Assembly (NCBI GenBank): GCA_963733035.1
Contig: CAVTBU010000006.1
Location: 224,001-288,000, forward strand
DNA length: 64,000 nucleotides
DNA from: Pirellulales bacterium
GTDB lineage: Bacteria > Planctomycetota > Planctomycetia > Pirellulales > PALSA-1355
Reading direction: 5' to 3'
The notes below the pieces were generated by a model. That model made no database searches and was not told where the DNA came from. It was given only the letters and a program-made list of their open reading frames with translations. Positions 29,371 to 39,624 of the stretch are shown here, piece after piece (position 1 is the stretch's first letter; each line of letters begins with the position of its first letter). A program made the position numbers and the translations under genes.

Positions 29371-29386
29371 CGGGGAGTCGAACCCC
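29371..29386. repeat. att core between the two elements
   Basis: CGGGGAGTCGAACCCC identical to 54074-54089 (tRNA-Glu T arm). Confidence 0.8.
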
Positions 29387-29649
29387 CAGCGCAACTCTCG
29401 GGAAACTCGGCCAATTCCCAACCCCGCGGCGCACAAAACGGCGCCGTCGCCGCACGGGGCAGTTTAGACGCCGAAATCAGCCCCCAGGGCGCCGCTTTGA
29501 GCGATGGCCAAATCGACGTCGGCCTCGTGGTCGTCATCCAGGCCTGGCCGCACCTGCCCCAGGCGATCGGGAAGGGGATCCTGGCACTGGTGCGGGCGGC
29601 TGAGAGCTGATTCGCGCCCCAAGTTCATCTCATGACTTGAAAGGCCTGA

Positions 29650-30360
29650 CTACTCTGAACCAAGCCGATACCCGATGCCTGGCTCGGTCAGTAGATACTG
29701 GGGGCGGGAGGGGTCGGACTCGATCTTGCGGCGCAGGTGGGCCATGTAGACGCGGAGGTAGTGCGTCTCGAACACGCTGTCGGGGCCCCAGACTTCCTTG
29801 AGGAGCTGCCGGTGGGTGACGAGCTTGCCGCCGTGGCGGATGAGGGTCGTCAGCAGCCGATGCTCGATGGGAGTGAGGTGCACCTCCTTTTCGCCGACGA
29901 AGACCTGGTGTCGGCCGAAGTCGACGCGCAGCTCGCCAAGGGTGAACACGGGGGCGTCTGCTTCGGAAACTTCTGGCAACCGCCGCAGCGCCACTCGGAC
30001 GCGGGCCAGTAGTTCGCCGACGCCGAACGGCTTCGTCAAGTAATCATCCGCGCCACTGTCGAGTGCCTTGATCTTGTCGGCCTCGTTTCCGCGCGCGGAC
30101 AGGACGATGATCGGGACATTCGACCACTGGCGCAGCTTGCGAATCACCGACAGCCCATCGATGTCCGGCAAGCCCAGGTCCAGCAGCAGCAAGGCGGGCT
30201 TCTCGTCCTTCGCTTTCTGCAGCCCATCCTCGCCTGTCGGCGATTCCAGCACACGATATCCACTGCCGAGCAACGTGGCTCGCAGGAATCTGCGAATCTC
30301 TGCCTCATCCTCGATGATGAGGATTCTTGGGAATTGAGCCGGGACTGGTTCCTTAACCAT
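29650..30360 (-). CDS. kdpE: Response regulator KdpE
   Basis: Receiver plus OmpR wHTH; HYLRVYMAHLRRKIE, TEPGIGYR. Confidence 0.93.
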   Translation of the reverse strand: MVKEPVPAQFPRILIIEDEAEIRRFLRATLLGSGYRVLESPTGEDGLQKAKDEKPALLLLDLGLPDIDGLSVIRKLRQWSNVPIIVLSARGNEADKIKALDSGADDYLTKPFGVGELLARVRVALRRLPEVSEADAPVFTLGELRVDFGRHQVFVGEKEVHLTPIEHRLLTTLIRHGGKLVTHRQLLKEVWGPDSVFETHYLRVYMAHLRRKIESDPSRPQYLLTEPGIGYRLGSE

Positions 30361-30366
30361 TTTGCA

Positions 30367-33127
30367 TCAGGACGTAAGGCTGCCTGGGCCGGCGGATTGC
30401 TGCGGCGTTGTTGCGTTCACTATCTCAACGTCCCGCGGCGGTGGGCCATCGGACACGAACTCCAGGCGAAACGCGGCACCACCCCCTTCGCGATTTCGGG
30501 CGCTGCGCGCCCGCCATGAGCATCCATGATGGCACGGCAGATTGCCAGTCCCAGCCCCGCCCCGCGCGAATCGGACTTGGCGTCCTCGCCACGCTGGAAC
30601 CGCTCGAAGATCCGCTCCTCGTCCCCTGGCTTCAATCCAGGGCCGTGATCGGCGATCTCCAAAATCGTCTTACGTCCGTCTTGCCAGGCACGGATCTCAA
30701 TGGCCGTTCCGGCCGGCGTGTACCGGCAAGCATTGTCCAACAAGTTCACGATGGCCTGCTCGACCAGGACGGCGTCTACGTGCGCGAGCAAAACTTCGGG
30801 CGGCAGATTGACGTTTACGGGCCGATTCGCGAGCGTCCGATCGAGCCGCCGCAGGGCCGAGGCGACGATCTCTTCGACCGGCTGCCATTCCTTGCTGATT
30901 GCCGGCTTTTCGGAGGACGAAAGCTGCGTCATTCGCAGGATGTTCTCCACCAGCCGCGACAGGCGATCGGATTCTTCGAAGACGGTCTCCAGCAGTTCGC
31001 GTCGCGTCGGTTCGTCCATCGATGTACCACCGTGCAGGAGGCTGCTGGAAGCCCCGACGATCACGGCCAGCGGAGTGCGCAAGTCATGCGAAATGGAGGA
31101 AAGCAGCGTGCTGCGAATCCTCTCCGTCTCCGCCTGTAGATGCGCCTGGTCCGACTCAAGCGTGAGCCGATCGCGCTCGATCGCCAAGGCAACCTGCGTC
31201 GAGTAGTTTTCCAGGATTTGCCGGTACTCGGGCAGGAGAAGTTTAGCGGCGTCGCTGTGGCGAACCGCCAAGACACCCATCGTTCCGCTGGGAGATTGGA
31301 GCGGAAGGTAGAGCGCCCGGGCGGAGGGCAAAGTATCGGTGCCGTGGCCAGCCGGCTGGCCGTGGTCAAATACCCACTGCGCGACGGCAATCTCGGACGG
31401 ATCGGCGGCGAATCGAGCGCGGTGGTCCAGGATCGGCTGTAACTTGCCGGCACGCGACAGGAATACGGCCGTGTCGCCGCCGAGGAACTCCGAGACGGCA
31501 CGTTCCGTTTCTGCCGCGATGAAATCTTCGCCCACGATGCCGGTAAGCTTGCGGCCCAAGCGATAGAGGGCCTCGATGCGTCGTTCGTTTCGCCGGGCGG
31601 ACTCGGCCTGGCGTCGGACCCGCGCCGTTAGAGCCGCAATACTAAGCCCTGCAACGAGCATCACCGCAAACGTGATCAGATACTGTGTGTCGTTGACAAC
31701 CACGGTGTAATACGGCTGGGTAAAGATCACATCGAACAGCGCGACCGACACGACCGACGCCACGATCGAGGGGCCTCGCCCATACCGGAACGCGACGAAC
31801 ATCACGCCCAGGAGGTAGGTCATCACCAGATTGGCTTCGGTCAGGCCTGCGCGATGCCAAAGTAACGAGACGGCAGTGCACGCTGCCAGAACGATTGCCG
31901 TTCCGATCCAAGCACGCCACCGAAAACCAATCGTAGACGGAGTGGACGGCGGCGCATGCGGCACCAGCTCGGCGGTTCCGTGGATCACGTACACGTCAAT
32001 GTCGCCGCTCTCGCGAATCAACCGGTCCGCAGGCGACTGCCGTGGCCGGAACCATCCGCGCGTCAACTCGGACTTGCCGACGACGATCTTGGTCACGTTG
32101 CGCTCTTGAGCGTACCCGATCGTCTCGGCGACAAGGTCCTCGCCGCTTACGGTGGCGGTTTCCGCTCCCAGGCGCTCGGCGAGTCGAAGATGCGCGAGCA
32201 GCCGCGCGCGATCCTTCGCGGACATCTCGCCCGATTGCGACGATTCAACGTTGATGGCAATCCACTCGGCTCCCAGGGACTCGGCCAAGCGCTTGGCCGC
32301 GCGCACCAGCCTGGCTGACGTGGGGCTGGGACCGACGCAAACCAGCAGTCGTTCGCGGGTGGCCCACACTTCGTGCCGGGCGCGAGCGAGCCGGGCGGTC
32401 TGCACGTCGGCGTGCACGCGTTCCGCCGTGCGGCGGAGAGCCAGTTCTCGCAGGGCGACGAGATTCTCCTTGCGGAAGAAGTTCTCAAGCGCCCTTGCAG
32501 CTTGCGCCGGGATGTAGACTTTTCCCTGCTCAAGACGCTCGAGCAGGTCCTCCGGCGGCAGGTCGATCAGCGTCAGCTCGTCGGCCCGATTGAAAACATC
32601 ATCGGGCACGGTTTCGCGCACGATGACGCCGCTGATCTGGGCAACGACATCGTTGAGCGATTCGACATGCTGCACATTGCAGGTCGTGTTGACGTTAATT
32701 CCGGCGTCCAACAGCTCTTCGACATCCTGCCATCGCTTCACGTGTCGCAGTGATGGCGCATTCGTGTGTGCCAGCTCGTCGACGAGAATCAGTTCCGGTT
32801 TTCGTGCCAAAGCCGCATCCAGGTCAAATTCTCTCAGCGTCGTTCCGCGATAGGGAGCCTCCAGGGCGCAAGCCGCTCCAGACCTTCGAGCAGCTTCTCG
32901 GTTTCGGGCCGCCCGTGCGGTTCGACGTAGCCCACGACGACGTCCGCGCCCGCGGCTTGCTCGCTGCGAGCATCAAGCAACATGGAATACGTCTTGCCGA
33001 CACCCGCGGAGTAGCCGAAGAATACTTTCAAGCGACCGCGCTTTGCCTGGTCGGATGACTCCGTGTCTCCCTCCGTCTTGAGACGAGCCAGCATCTGCTC
33101 GGGTGTGGGGCGATCACTGTCGGTCAT
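30367..33127 (-). CDS. kdpD: Sensor kinase KdpD (frameshifts near 32860 and 30500)
   Basis: GRLKVFFGYSAGVGKTY, VDELAHTN, SHDLRTPL. Confidence 0.92.
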
Positions 33128-33711
33128 GGCGCGGCATTCGCTGGCGGCTTAGCAAGTTGGTCAAGGGCCACGTTAAGCTCGAGAATATTGACGATCGGCT
33201 CTCCTCCCAGAGCGACGATCGTCGGAGAGTCAATGTGCTGGCGAACCAGCTCTTCTACCTGCTCCGGCCGAAGGTTTCGCGCATCAGCCACCCGTGGCAC
33301 CTGAAACATCGCAGCGGCCAGCGAAATGTGGGGGTCCATTCCCGAGCCGGATGTCGAGACGAGGTCGGCCGGAACGAGTTGCCCCGCATCGGGCTTTAGC
33401 TCGCCGATGATCTGCCGCGCTTTTTCCGTGAGCAAGGGATTCCTGGGCGACAAGTTGCTGCCTCCGGTGGCACTGGCATTGTAGTCGCATGCCGAGGGCC
33501 GCGGCCAGAAGTAGTCGTGTCGTGAGAAACCCTGCGCGAGCAGCCGCGAGCCGATGATCGTTCCGTCGGAACTCCTTACGAGGCTTCCCTGTCGCGACTG
33601 CGGCGCGGCGAGCACGGCGAAGCCCAGAATGACGGCCGGGTAAGCCACCGAGCAGACCAGAAGGCTCAATAAGAACAGTCGCAATGACGTGATGATGTCT
33701 CTCATGTTCAA
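33124..33711 (-). CDS. kdpC: K+-transporting ATPase subunit C
   Basis: YFWPRPSA, SGSGMDPHIS, NILELNVALD. Confidence 0.95.
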   Translation of the reverse strand: MNMRDIITSLRLFLLSLLVCSVAYPAVILGFAVLAAPQSRQGSLVRSSDGTIIGSRLLAQGFSRHDYFWPRPSACDYNASATGGSNLSPRNPLLTEKARQIIGELKPDAGQLVPADLVSTSGSGMDPHISLAAAMFQVPRVADARNLRPEQVEELVRQHIDSPTIVALGGEPIVNILELNVALDQLAKPPANAAP

Positions 33712-33736
33712 TTCTTTCTCACCCCGGGGCCAAAGG

Positions 33737-35823
33737 CTATGCCAATCCGAGGCCCGACAGGACCAAGTCGATCAACTTGATTCCCACAAACGGCACCACC
33801 AATCCGCCCAAGCCGTAGATGAGCAGGTTCCTCCGCAACAAAGCGTCGGCTCCCACGGCCCGGTAGCGCACGCCCCGGATCGCGATGGGAATGAGGCACG
33901 GGATCACGACGGCATTGAAGATCACGGCCGAAAGGATGGCACTCTGAGGCGTGGCGAGCCGCATGATGTTCAGCACTTCCAACTGAGGCAGTGCGACCAT
34001 GAAGATCGCCGGGATGATCGCGAAGTACTTGGCGACGTCGTTGGCCACGCTGAACGTGGTCAACGCGCCGCGCGTCATAAGCATCTGCTTCCCCACCGAT
34101 ACGACGTCAATGAGCTTGGTCGGATTCGAATCGAGGTCGACCATGTTGCCGGCTTCCTTGGCGGCCTGTGTCCCGGTGTTCATCGCCACGGCCACGTCGG
34201 CCTGAGCCAGGGCAGGGGCATCGTTGGTGCCGTCGCCGGTCATGGCCACGAGATGCCCGTCTTTTTGATACTCCCGGATGAGTTCCAGCTTGGCCTCGGG
34301 CGTGGCTTCCGCGAGAAAATCATCAACGCCTGCCTCTGCGGCGATCGCAGCGGCCGTCTTGGGGTTGTCGCCGGTAATCATTACCGTCTTGATGCCCATG
34401 CGGCGCAACTCGATGAAGCGTTCTTTGATCCCGCCCTTGACGATGTCTTTCAGGTAAACGGTTCCCAGTACACGGCTATTCTCGGCAACCACAAGCGGCG
34501 TCCCGCCGGCGCGGGCAATCACGTCCACATCGTGTGCGACTTGCTCAGGAAAATCGCCGGCCTGTTCGTCTATAAATCGCCGGATCACGTCGGCCGCGCC
34601 CTTGCGGATGCGCCGACTGTCGAGGTTGATCCCACTCATTCGCGTGCGGGCCGTGAAGTTGACAAACTCGGCCTGCTTTGCTTCCAGCTCCCGGCCGCGG
34701 ATGTTGAACCGCTCTTTGGCCAGGACGACGATGCTGCGCCCCTCGGGCGTTTCGTCAGCTAGTGAGGCCAGTTGGGCCGCATCTGCCAGTTGCCTCTCTT
34801 CGATTCCAGACGCGGGCCGGAATTCGGTGGCTTGGCGGTTCCCTAGCGTGATCGTGCCCGTTTTGTCCAACAGGAGCACATCCACGTCACCGGCAGCCTC
34901 GACGGCGCGGCCGGACATGGCCATTACATTCGCCTGGCTCAGACGCGCCATGCCGGCAATGCCAATCGCGGCCAACAGCGCGCCGATCGTAGTAGGTATC
35001 AGGCAAACCAGCAGGGCGACCAGCGTTGGCACGTCGATGGTCACATCGAAGTATTGCGCAATGGGATAAAGCGTCGTGCAGACCATCAGGAATATCAAGG
35101 TGAAGCCGGCCAGCACGATGGTCAGCGCGATCTCGTTGGGGGTTTTTTGACGCTCCGCTCCCTCGACCATCGCAATCATGCGATCCAAGAAGCTTTCGCC
35201 GGGTCGGGCCGTGACGCGAATCACTAGATGGTCCGATAGCACGCGTGTTCCGCCCGTGACGGCTGAGCGGTCGCCACCGCTTTCGCGAATCACCGGAGCA
35301 CTTTCGCCGGTGATCGCCGATTCATCGACCGAAGCGACGCCCTCGATGACTTCGCCATCGGCGGGAATCGTCTCGCCGGCTTCCACACGCACAAGGTCGC
35401 CGTTTTTCAACTCGGAGGCCGGCACGTCTTCGACAGTGGATTGGCTTTGATCGACGAACCGATGAGCGGTGACGTCTTGCCGCGCCTTGCGCAGGCTGGA
35501 CGCCTGGGCGCGCCCCGCGCCTCGGCCACGGCCTCGGCGAAGTTCGCGAACCAGTCCGTCAGCCACAGCCACACCGAGATGGCGAGGAAATAGCCGGTGC
35601 CTTCGCTTCTGGAGACGGCCGCCGAGAGCGTTGCCAATGTGGTCAACATGGCTCCAAGCTCCGTGACGAACATCACCGGGTTGCGGGCCATTGACCATGG
35701 GTTCAGCATTTTGATGGCCTGGCCGACCGATGGCAGCAGCATCCTGGCGGTGAAAAGCGACTTCTCCTTGCGAAAGGACGAGCCCCCGGAAGAGCCGCCG
35801 GCCGACATTGCTTCGACTTGCAT
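33737..35823 (-). CDS. kdpB: K+-transporting ATPase subunit B (frameshift near 35515)
   Basis: [30 protein letters not shown]. Confidence 0.95.
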
Positions 35824-35841
35824 GGAGTTTGGCCCTTCGAA

Positions 35842-37512
35842 TCAACGCGGATTGAGGTGTTCGGCGATCGGACCCAGCATCGCCAAGGGCAGGAACAACA
35901 AGGCTCCGACAATGAGGATCGTTCCCAGCAGGACGACGCCGAACAGCAGCGTGTCAGTGCGGAAAGTGCCGGCGGTCTCGGGAGCAGCCCGCTTGGCAGC
36001 CAATGAGCCAACGATGGCCAGCGGCGCGATGATGGGGATGAACCGACCCAATAACATGACGACTCCCGTGGCGATGTTCCACGGCACCGTGTTATCTCCC
36101 AGACCCTCAAAGCCAGACCCGTTGTTGGCGGCCGCGGAGCTGAACTCGTAGACGATTTCGCTCAAGCCGTGGCTGCCAGGATTGTGCAGCGTGTCCAGAC
36201 CCCACGACGTGTCTGCGAACAGCGCGGTCCCGCCCAGGATGAACAGCGGATGAGCCAATAGCGCGATCAGCGCCAGCTTCATCTCCTTGGTTTCCACCTT
36301 GCGAGTGAGATACTCCGGTGTGCGGCCGACCATCATGCCGGCCAGGAATACCGCAGTAATCACGAACAGGAACATATTGATAAGCCCCACCCCGACGCCC
36401 CCGAACACGACGTTCAGCCACATCCCGGCCATCGGCACGATGCTCGTCAGCGGGTTCAGGCTGTCATGCATCGCGTTCACGCTGCCGTTGCTGGTCGAAG
36501 TGGTCGACACGGCCCATGTCGCACCGGCAGTTGTGCCGAAGCGCAGCTCCTTGCCTTCGAGGTTCATCGAATGCGCGACCGGCAAATCCTCTAAGGCGGC
36601 TGTCGGCTGGCTTTCAAGCCAACAAGCAGAGACGACGAAGCTCAGGTAAAGCGCCAGCATCACGCCGAAGAGCACCGCCGCGTGCCTGACGCGAGCGGTG
36701 ATGCGGCCGAACATCCAGACGGTCGCCATCGGCACAAGCAGGATGGCAATGTTGGAAAGCACGTTCGACCAGAACGTCGGATTCTCGAAAGGATGCGTGC
36801 AATTCGGCCCGAACCAGCCTCCGCCGTTCGTGCCCAATTGCTTGATCGCGATGAAGGCCGCCACCGGGCCACGGGCGATCGTCTGCGTCGCGCCTTCGAG
36901 CGTTGTGGCGACCGCCGCACCTTCCAGCGTCATGGGCACCCCGCAAACGACCAGCAGACCGGCCCAGACGATCGACAGCGGTAGCAGGATCAGGGCCGCC
37001 GCTCGCCAGACGTCTTGATAGAAGTTGCCCAGGCGCGAGAACCCTGCGAGCCCTCGGGCGAGCGCCGTGACGACCCCGATGCCCGTCGCCGCACTGACGA
37101 ACTGCAGCCACATCAATGCCCCAAGCTGAGAGAAGTAGCTGAGCGATACTTCACCTGAATAGTGCTGTAAGTTTGTGTTGCTGGTAAAGCTGGCCGCGGT
37201 ATTGAAGGCCAGGCTTGGTTCGATCGGGCCCTTGTCATCGGGATTGAGCGGCAACCACGGCTGAGTCGTCAATACGAGATACGCGAACACGAACATCAGC
37301 AGATTGAAGGCCAACATCGAGACGCAGTACTGTTTCCAACTCTGCGGCCGGCATATCTCATATCCAAGCAGCGCCACGCACGCTTTGTCGTAGCGGACGC
37401 GAATTGGTCCGGCGTCGCTCGGATCCATCGCCCACTGCATGTATCGCGCCAGCGGCCAAGAGAGGACGAGCGCTACCACGACGACGATTGTTGGAATAGT
37501 CAAACCGAGCAT
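35842..37512 (-). CDS. kdpA: K+-transporting ATPase subunit A
   Basis: [30 protein letters not shown]. Confidence 0.97.
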   Translation of the reverse strand: MLGLTIPTIVVVVALVLSWPLARYMQWAMDPSDAGPIRVRYDKACVALLGYEICRPQSWKQYCVSMLAFNLLMFVFAYLVLTTQPWLPLNPDDKGPIEPSLAFNTAASFTSNTNLQHYSGEVSLSYFSQLGALMWLQFVSAATGIGVVTALARGLAGFSRLGNFYQDVWRAAALILLPLSIVWAGLLVVCGVPMTLEGAAVATTLEGATQTIARGPVAAFIAIKQLGTNGGGWFGPNCTHPFENPTFWSNVLSNIAILLVPMATVWMFGRITARVRHAAVLFGVMLALYLSFVVSACWLESQPTAALEDLPVAHSMNLEGKELRFGTTAGATWAVSTTSTSNGSVNAMHDSLNPLTSIVPMAGMWLNVVFGGVGVGLINMFLFVITAVFLAGMMVGRTPEYLTRKVETKEMKLALIALLAHPLFILGGTALFADTSWGLDTLHNPGSHGLSEIVYEFSSAAANNGSGFEGLGDNTVPWNIATGVVMLLGRFIPIIAPLAIVGSLAAKRAAPETAGTFRTDTLLFGVVLLGTILIVGALLFLPLAMLGPIAEHLNPR

Positions 37513-37528
37513 CGTCTGGTTTCCACTG

Positions 37529-37621
37529 CTAGAACTGCTCCGGCCGGATGATCACGTAGCAGAGATAGCCGAATGCGAAGATCGTCGTCACGATCACGCA
37601 ACCATTGACAAGCACTTCCAC
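37529..37621 (-). CDS. kdpF: K+-transporting ATPase subunit F (not in ORF track)
   Basis: GTG start after GAGGAG; MEVLVNGCVIVTTIFAFGYLCYVIIRPEQF. Confidence 0.85.
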   Translation of the reverse strand: MEVLVNGCVIVTTIFAFGYLCYVIIRPEQF

Positions 37622-37631
37622 GGCATTCTCC

Positions 37632-37712
37632 TCACAGCCGCTCGCAGGCCCAAGTGAAACCAAGCATCGCCGTGAATTCGGCTATTCCAATGAGGAGCAT
37701 CAAGATCCACAT
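37632..37712 (-). CDS. Small hydrophobic Kdp-associated peptide
   Basis: MWILMLLIGIAEFTAMLGFTWACERL directly upstream of kdpF. Confidence 0.6.
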   Translation of the reverse strand: MWILMLLIGIAEFTAMLGFTWACERL

Positions 37713-37844
37713 TCTATCGCCACTCAGGAACCGGCCAGCAAGTCGTCGACGGATGGATTCTAGTGGGGGCCGCGCTAAAACGGCGTCAAAAAGCCGGCCG
37801 CCCAGAATCCCCCAGACGGCGCGAGAATTCTTAGATTTCCCCAT

Positions 37845-38143
37845 GAACCAACGAAACCCGAGCGGCGTCTAAGGTGTATAAGAGGGGTCGGGGCCAAGGG
37901 GCTGCTGACCGCTGTTGTGACAAGCTTTTACGGGTTGTTCCTTCCATGATGTTCTTACGGCCAAGACTGTTCCAAGAACGGATAGCCGGGAGTTATTGGC
38001 GCAGCGACAGTGTGCATTGATCGCGAAGCGATGCCGACCGCTGCAAGGTAATTCCTCCCCGCTACCACTCCGCTTGTGACGCTTGGCCTTTAGGTCGATC
38101 TGGCTGCCAAAGCCCGGTGTCGCAAGGACATCGGGCTTTTTTT
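37845..38143 (+). promoter_or_regulatory. Promoter, uORF (37946-38020) and attenuator terminator (38109-38143) of tRNA array 2
   Basis: Homologous to 17139-17409; stem changes keep pairing through G:U. Confidence 0.75.
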
Positions 38144-38189
38144 GTTGGCCTGACGTGGAGGTGGTGGCGGGGAACCAGGCAACACACAT

Positions 38190-38280
38190 GGGTCGGTAGC
38201 GGAGACGCGGGCACCATGCGCAGCATGGTCGGCGGTGGCCTGAAAAGCCGCAGACGAGGATTCGAGCGCCTCCCGACCCA
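38190..38280 (+). pseudogene. tRNA-Phe(GAA) with hairpin insertion in D arm
   Basis: Matches 17456-17527 except GGGCACCATGCGCAGCATGGTC insert. Confidence 0.75.
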
Positions 38281-38311
38281 CTGCGCCGGGCACCGACCGC
38301 AGGTTGGTCGG

Positions 38312-38368
38312 CGCGACACTCAGACTGTCGTGCCGTAAGGCGTGGGAGTTCGAGTCTCCCCTTGGTCA
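38312..38368 (+). pseudogene. 3' two-thirds of tRNA-Leu(CAG)
   Basis: CGACA-CTCAGAC-TGTCG; 3' end identical to 20791 copy; 5' part replaced by hairpin element. Confidence 0.75.
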
Positions 38369-38402
38369 CTGAACTGTTGGCGGGCAAGAACCCGTTGAAC
38401 GA

Positions 38403-38471
38403 CGCAGGCGAGCCAGTGCTCAGCTGGGCCTCATAAGCCCGGACCGTCGGGTGCGACACCCGAACCTGCTA
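38403..38471 (+). tRNA. Atypical initiator-like tRNA-Met(CAT)
   Basis: Homolog of 20891; C1:U72; loop CTCATAA. Confidence 0.7.
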
Positions 38472-38556
38472 CTAGCAACTGAGGCCGCCGAGCGATTAGC
38501 GAGGATGAAGACCGAAGGCGGTAGTCATCAGACAAGCCGCCGCGCAGCAGACATTT

Positions 38557-38630
38557 GGCCGGGTACGCAAACTGGCAAAGCGACGAGGTCGAGAGCCTCG
38601 TGTTTGTGAGTTCGACTCTCACTCCGGTCA
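38557..38630 (+). tRNA. tRNA-Leu(GAG), C33
   Basis: CGAGG-TCGAGAG-CCTCG. Confidence 0.82.
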
Positions 38631-38635
38631 CTGAC

Positions 38636-38708
38636 GATCCCGTGGTCCAACGGCTAAGACGCCTGGATGACACCCAGGAAACAGATGGTTCAACTCCATC
38701 CGGGATCA
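38636..38708 (+). tRNA. tRNA-Val(GAC)
   Basis: CCTGG-ATGACAC-CCAGG. Confidence 0.88.
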
Positions 38709-38733
38709 CTTTGCAACCGAGTTGCGCAGCGAA

Positions 38734-39115
38734 TCAGTCGGACATCGTTGACGAAAGTCGAGCGGCGAGCTTTCTGCCACACCAGGCTGCAACAGCCATC
38801 GGAATCGCTGCAGCAGCAAATTGAATCGGCATCACGATTGACAACGGTCCAAGGCCCGACGGATCCGGCTCAAAGAGCGTGAGCAGGTACACGACGATAA
38901 ACGCAGCCCCACAAACCATGCCAAGCAGGACTCCCTGAGAGGTGAGGAGTCCTACTAGATAATGCGATCGAACTTGCCGTTACGACAAGGTTCCATTCGC
39001 CATCGTCCGGTGAAATACGCCAGAATCCACCGACAAGGCAAATAGCCGTCACGGCAACGAACAGAGTTCGCAAGTTGAACTGTGACCGTGACTGTAGCTC
39101 GTTGTCTCCACCCAT
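38734..39115 (-). CDS. Small membrane protein between tRNAs (frameshifted)
   Basis: QFNLRTLFVAVTAICL start; hydrophobic continuation in a second frame. Confidence 0.5.
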
Positions 39116-39182
39116 GATCGCCATTATACGGTACGACTTCTGGTTCAGGGCACCACGACAGAACACCGTTTACGTCGCAATT

Positions 39183-39253
39183 GGGCTGCTCGTCCAACGG
39201 GAAGACGCCTGGCTTGCAACCAGGAAATCGGGGTTCGACTCCCCGGCGGTCCA
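39183..39253 (+). tRNA. tRNA-Ala(TGC)
   Basis: Identical to 21838-21908. Confidence 0.9.
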
Positions 39254-39264
39254 CTGAACAACAC

Positions 39265-39352
39265 GGGCTCATGGTCCAAAGGGAAGACATCAGGCTGGCA
39301 GTCTGACCAGTGTCTATTGGAAATGCGGCGGGTTCAATTCCAGGTGGGTCCA
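39265..39352 (+). pseudogene. tRNA-Ala(GGC) with hairpin insertion at variable loop
   Basis: 17 nt longer than 21920 copy; CCAGTGTCTATTGGAAATGCGG insert. Confidence 0.75.
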
Positions 39353-39375
39353 CTCATCAATCATGGAGACGTGAA

Positions 39376-39612
39376 ATGGCCGATTCTGTGTTGATCCGGT
39401 TCGTCGGCGAAAGAGGGAAAGCACATCACTTTTTGAAGCTTGGCCCGGTAGAGGTTTGGAACCCGCCGGAGCGTGAGTTTCAGGGTGGCGACGAAATCAG
39501 GGTGCAGATTCGCCCGAATGCCTTAAACCCAGATTGCGTGGACCTGACATTTGACGATGGACAATACGCGATTGAAGTTCCGAAGGATTTCTTCGTGATC
39601 GTTGAGGAATGA
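39376..39612 (+). CDS. Hypothetical protein between tRNA genes
   Basis: 78 aa, GGAG RBS, fills the gap. Confidence 0.6.
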   Translation: MADSVLIRFVGERGKAHHFLKLGPVEVWNPPEREFQGGDEIRVQIRPNALNPDCVDLTFDDGQYAIEVPKDFFVIVEE

Positions 39613-39624
39613 AATGGAAGGTAG

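Larger units (their letters stand above)
13418..29386. mobile_element. Integrative element copy 1 (decayed; tRNA array)
   Basis: Bounded by tRNA T-arm att-like sequences; left end homologous to 29387-29610; right end homologous to integrase 3' end 53755-54064. Confidence 0.75.
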
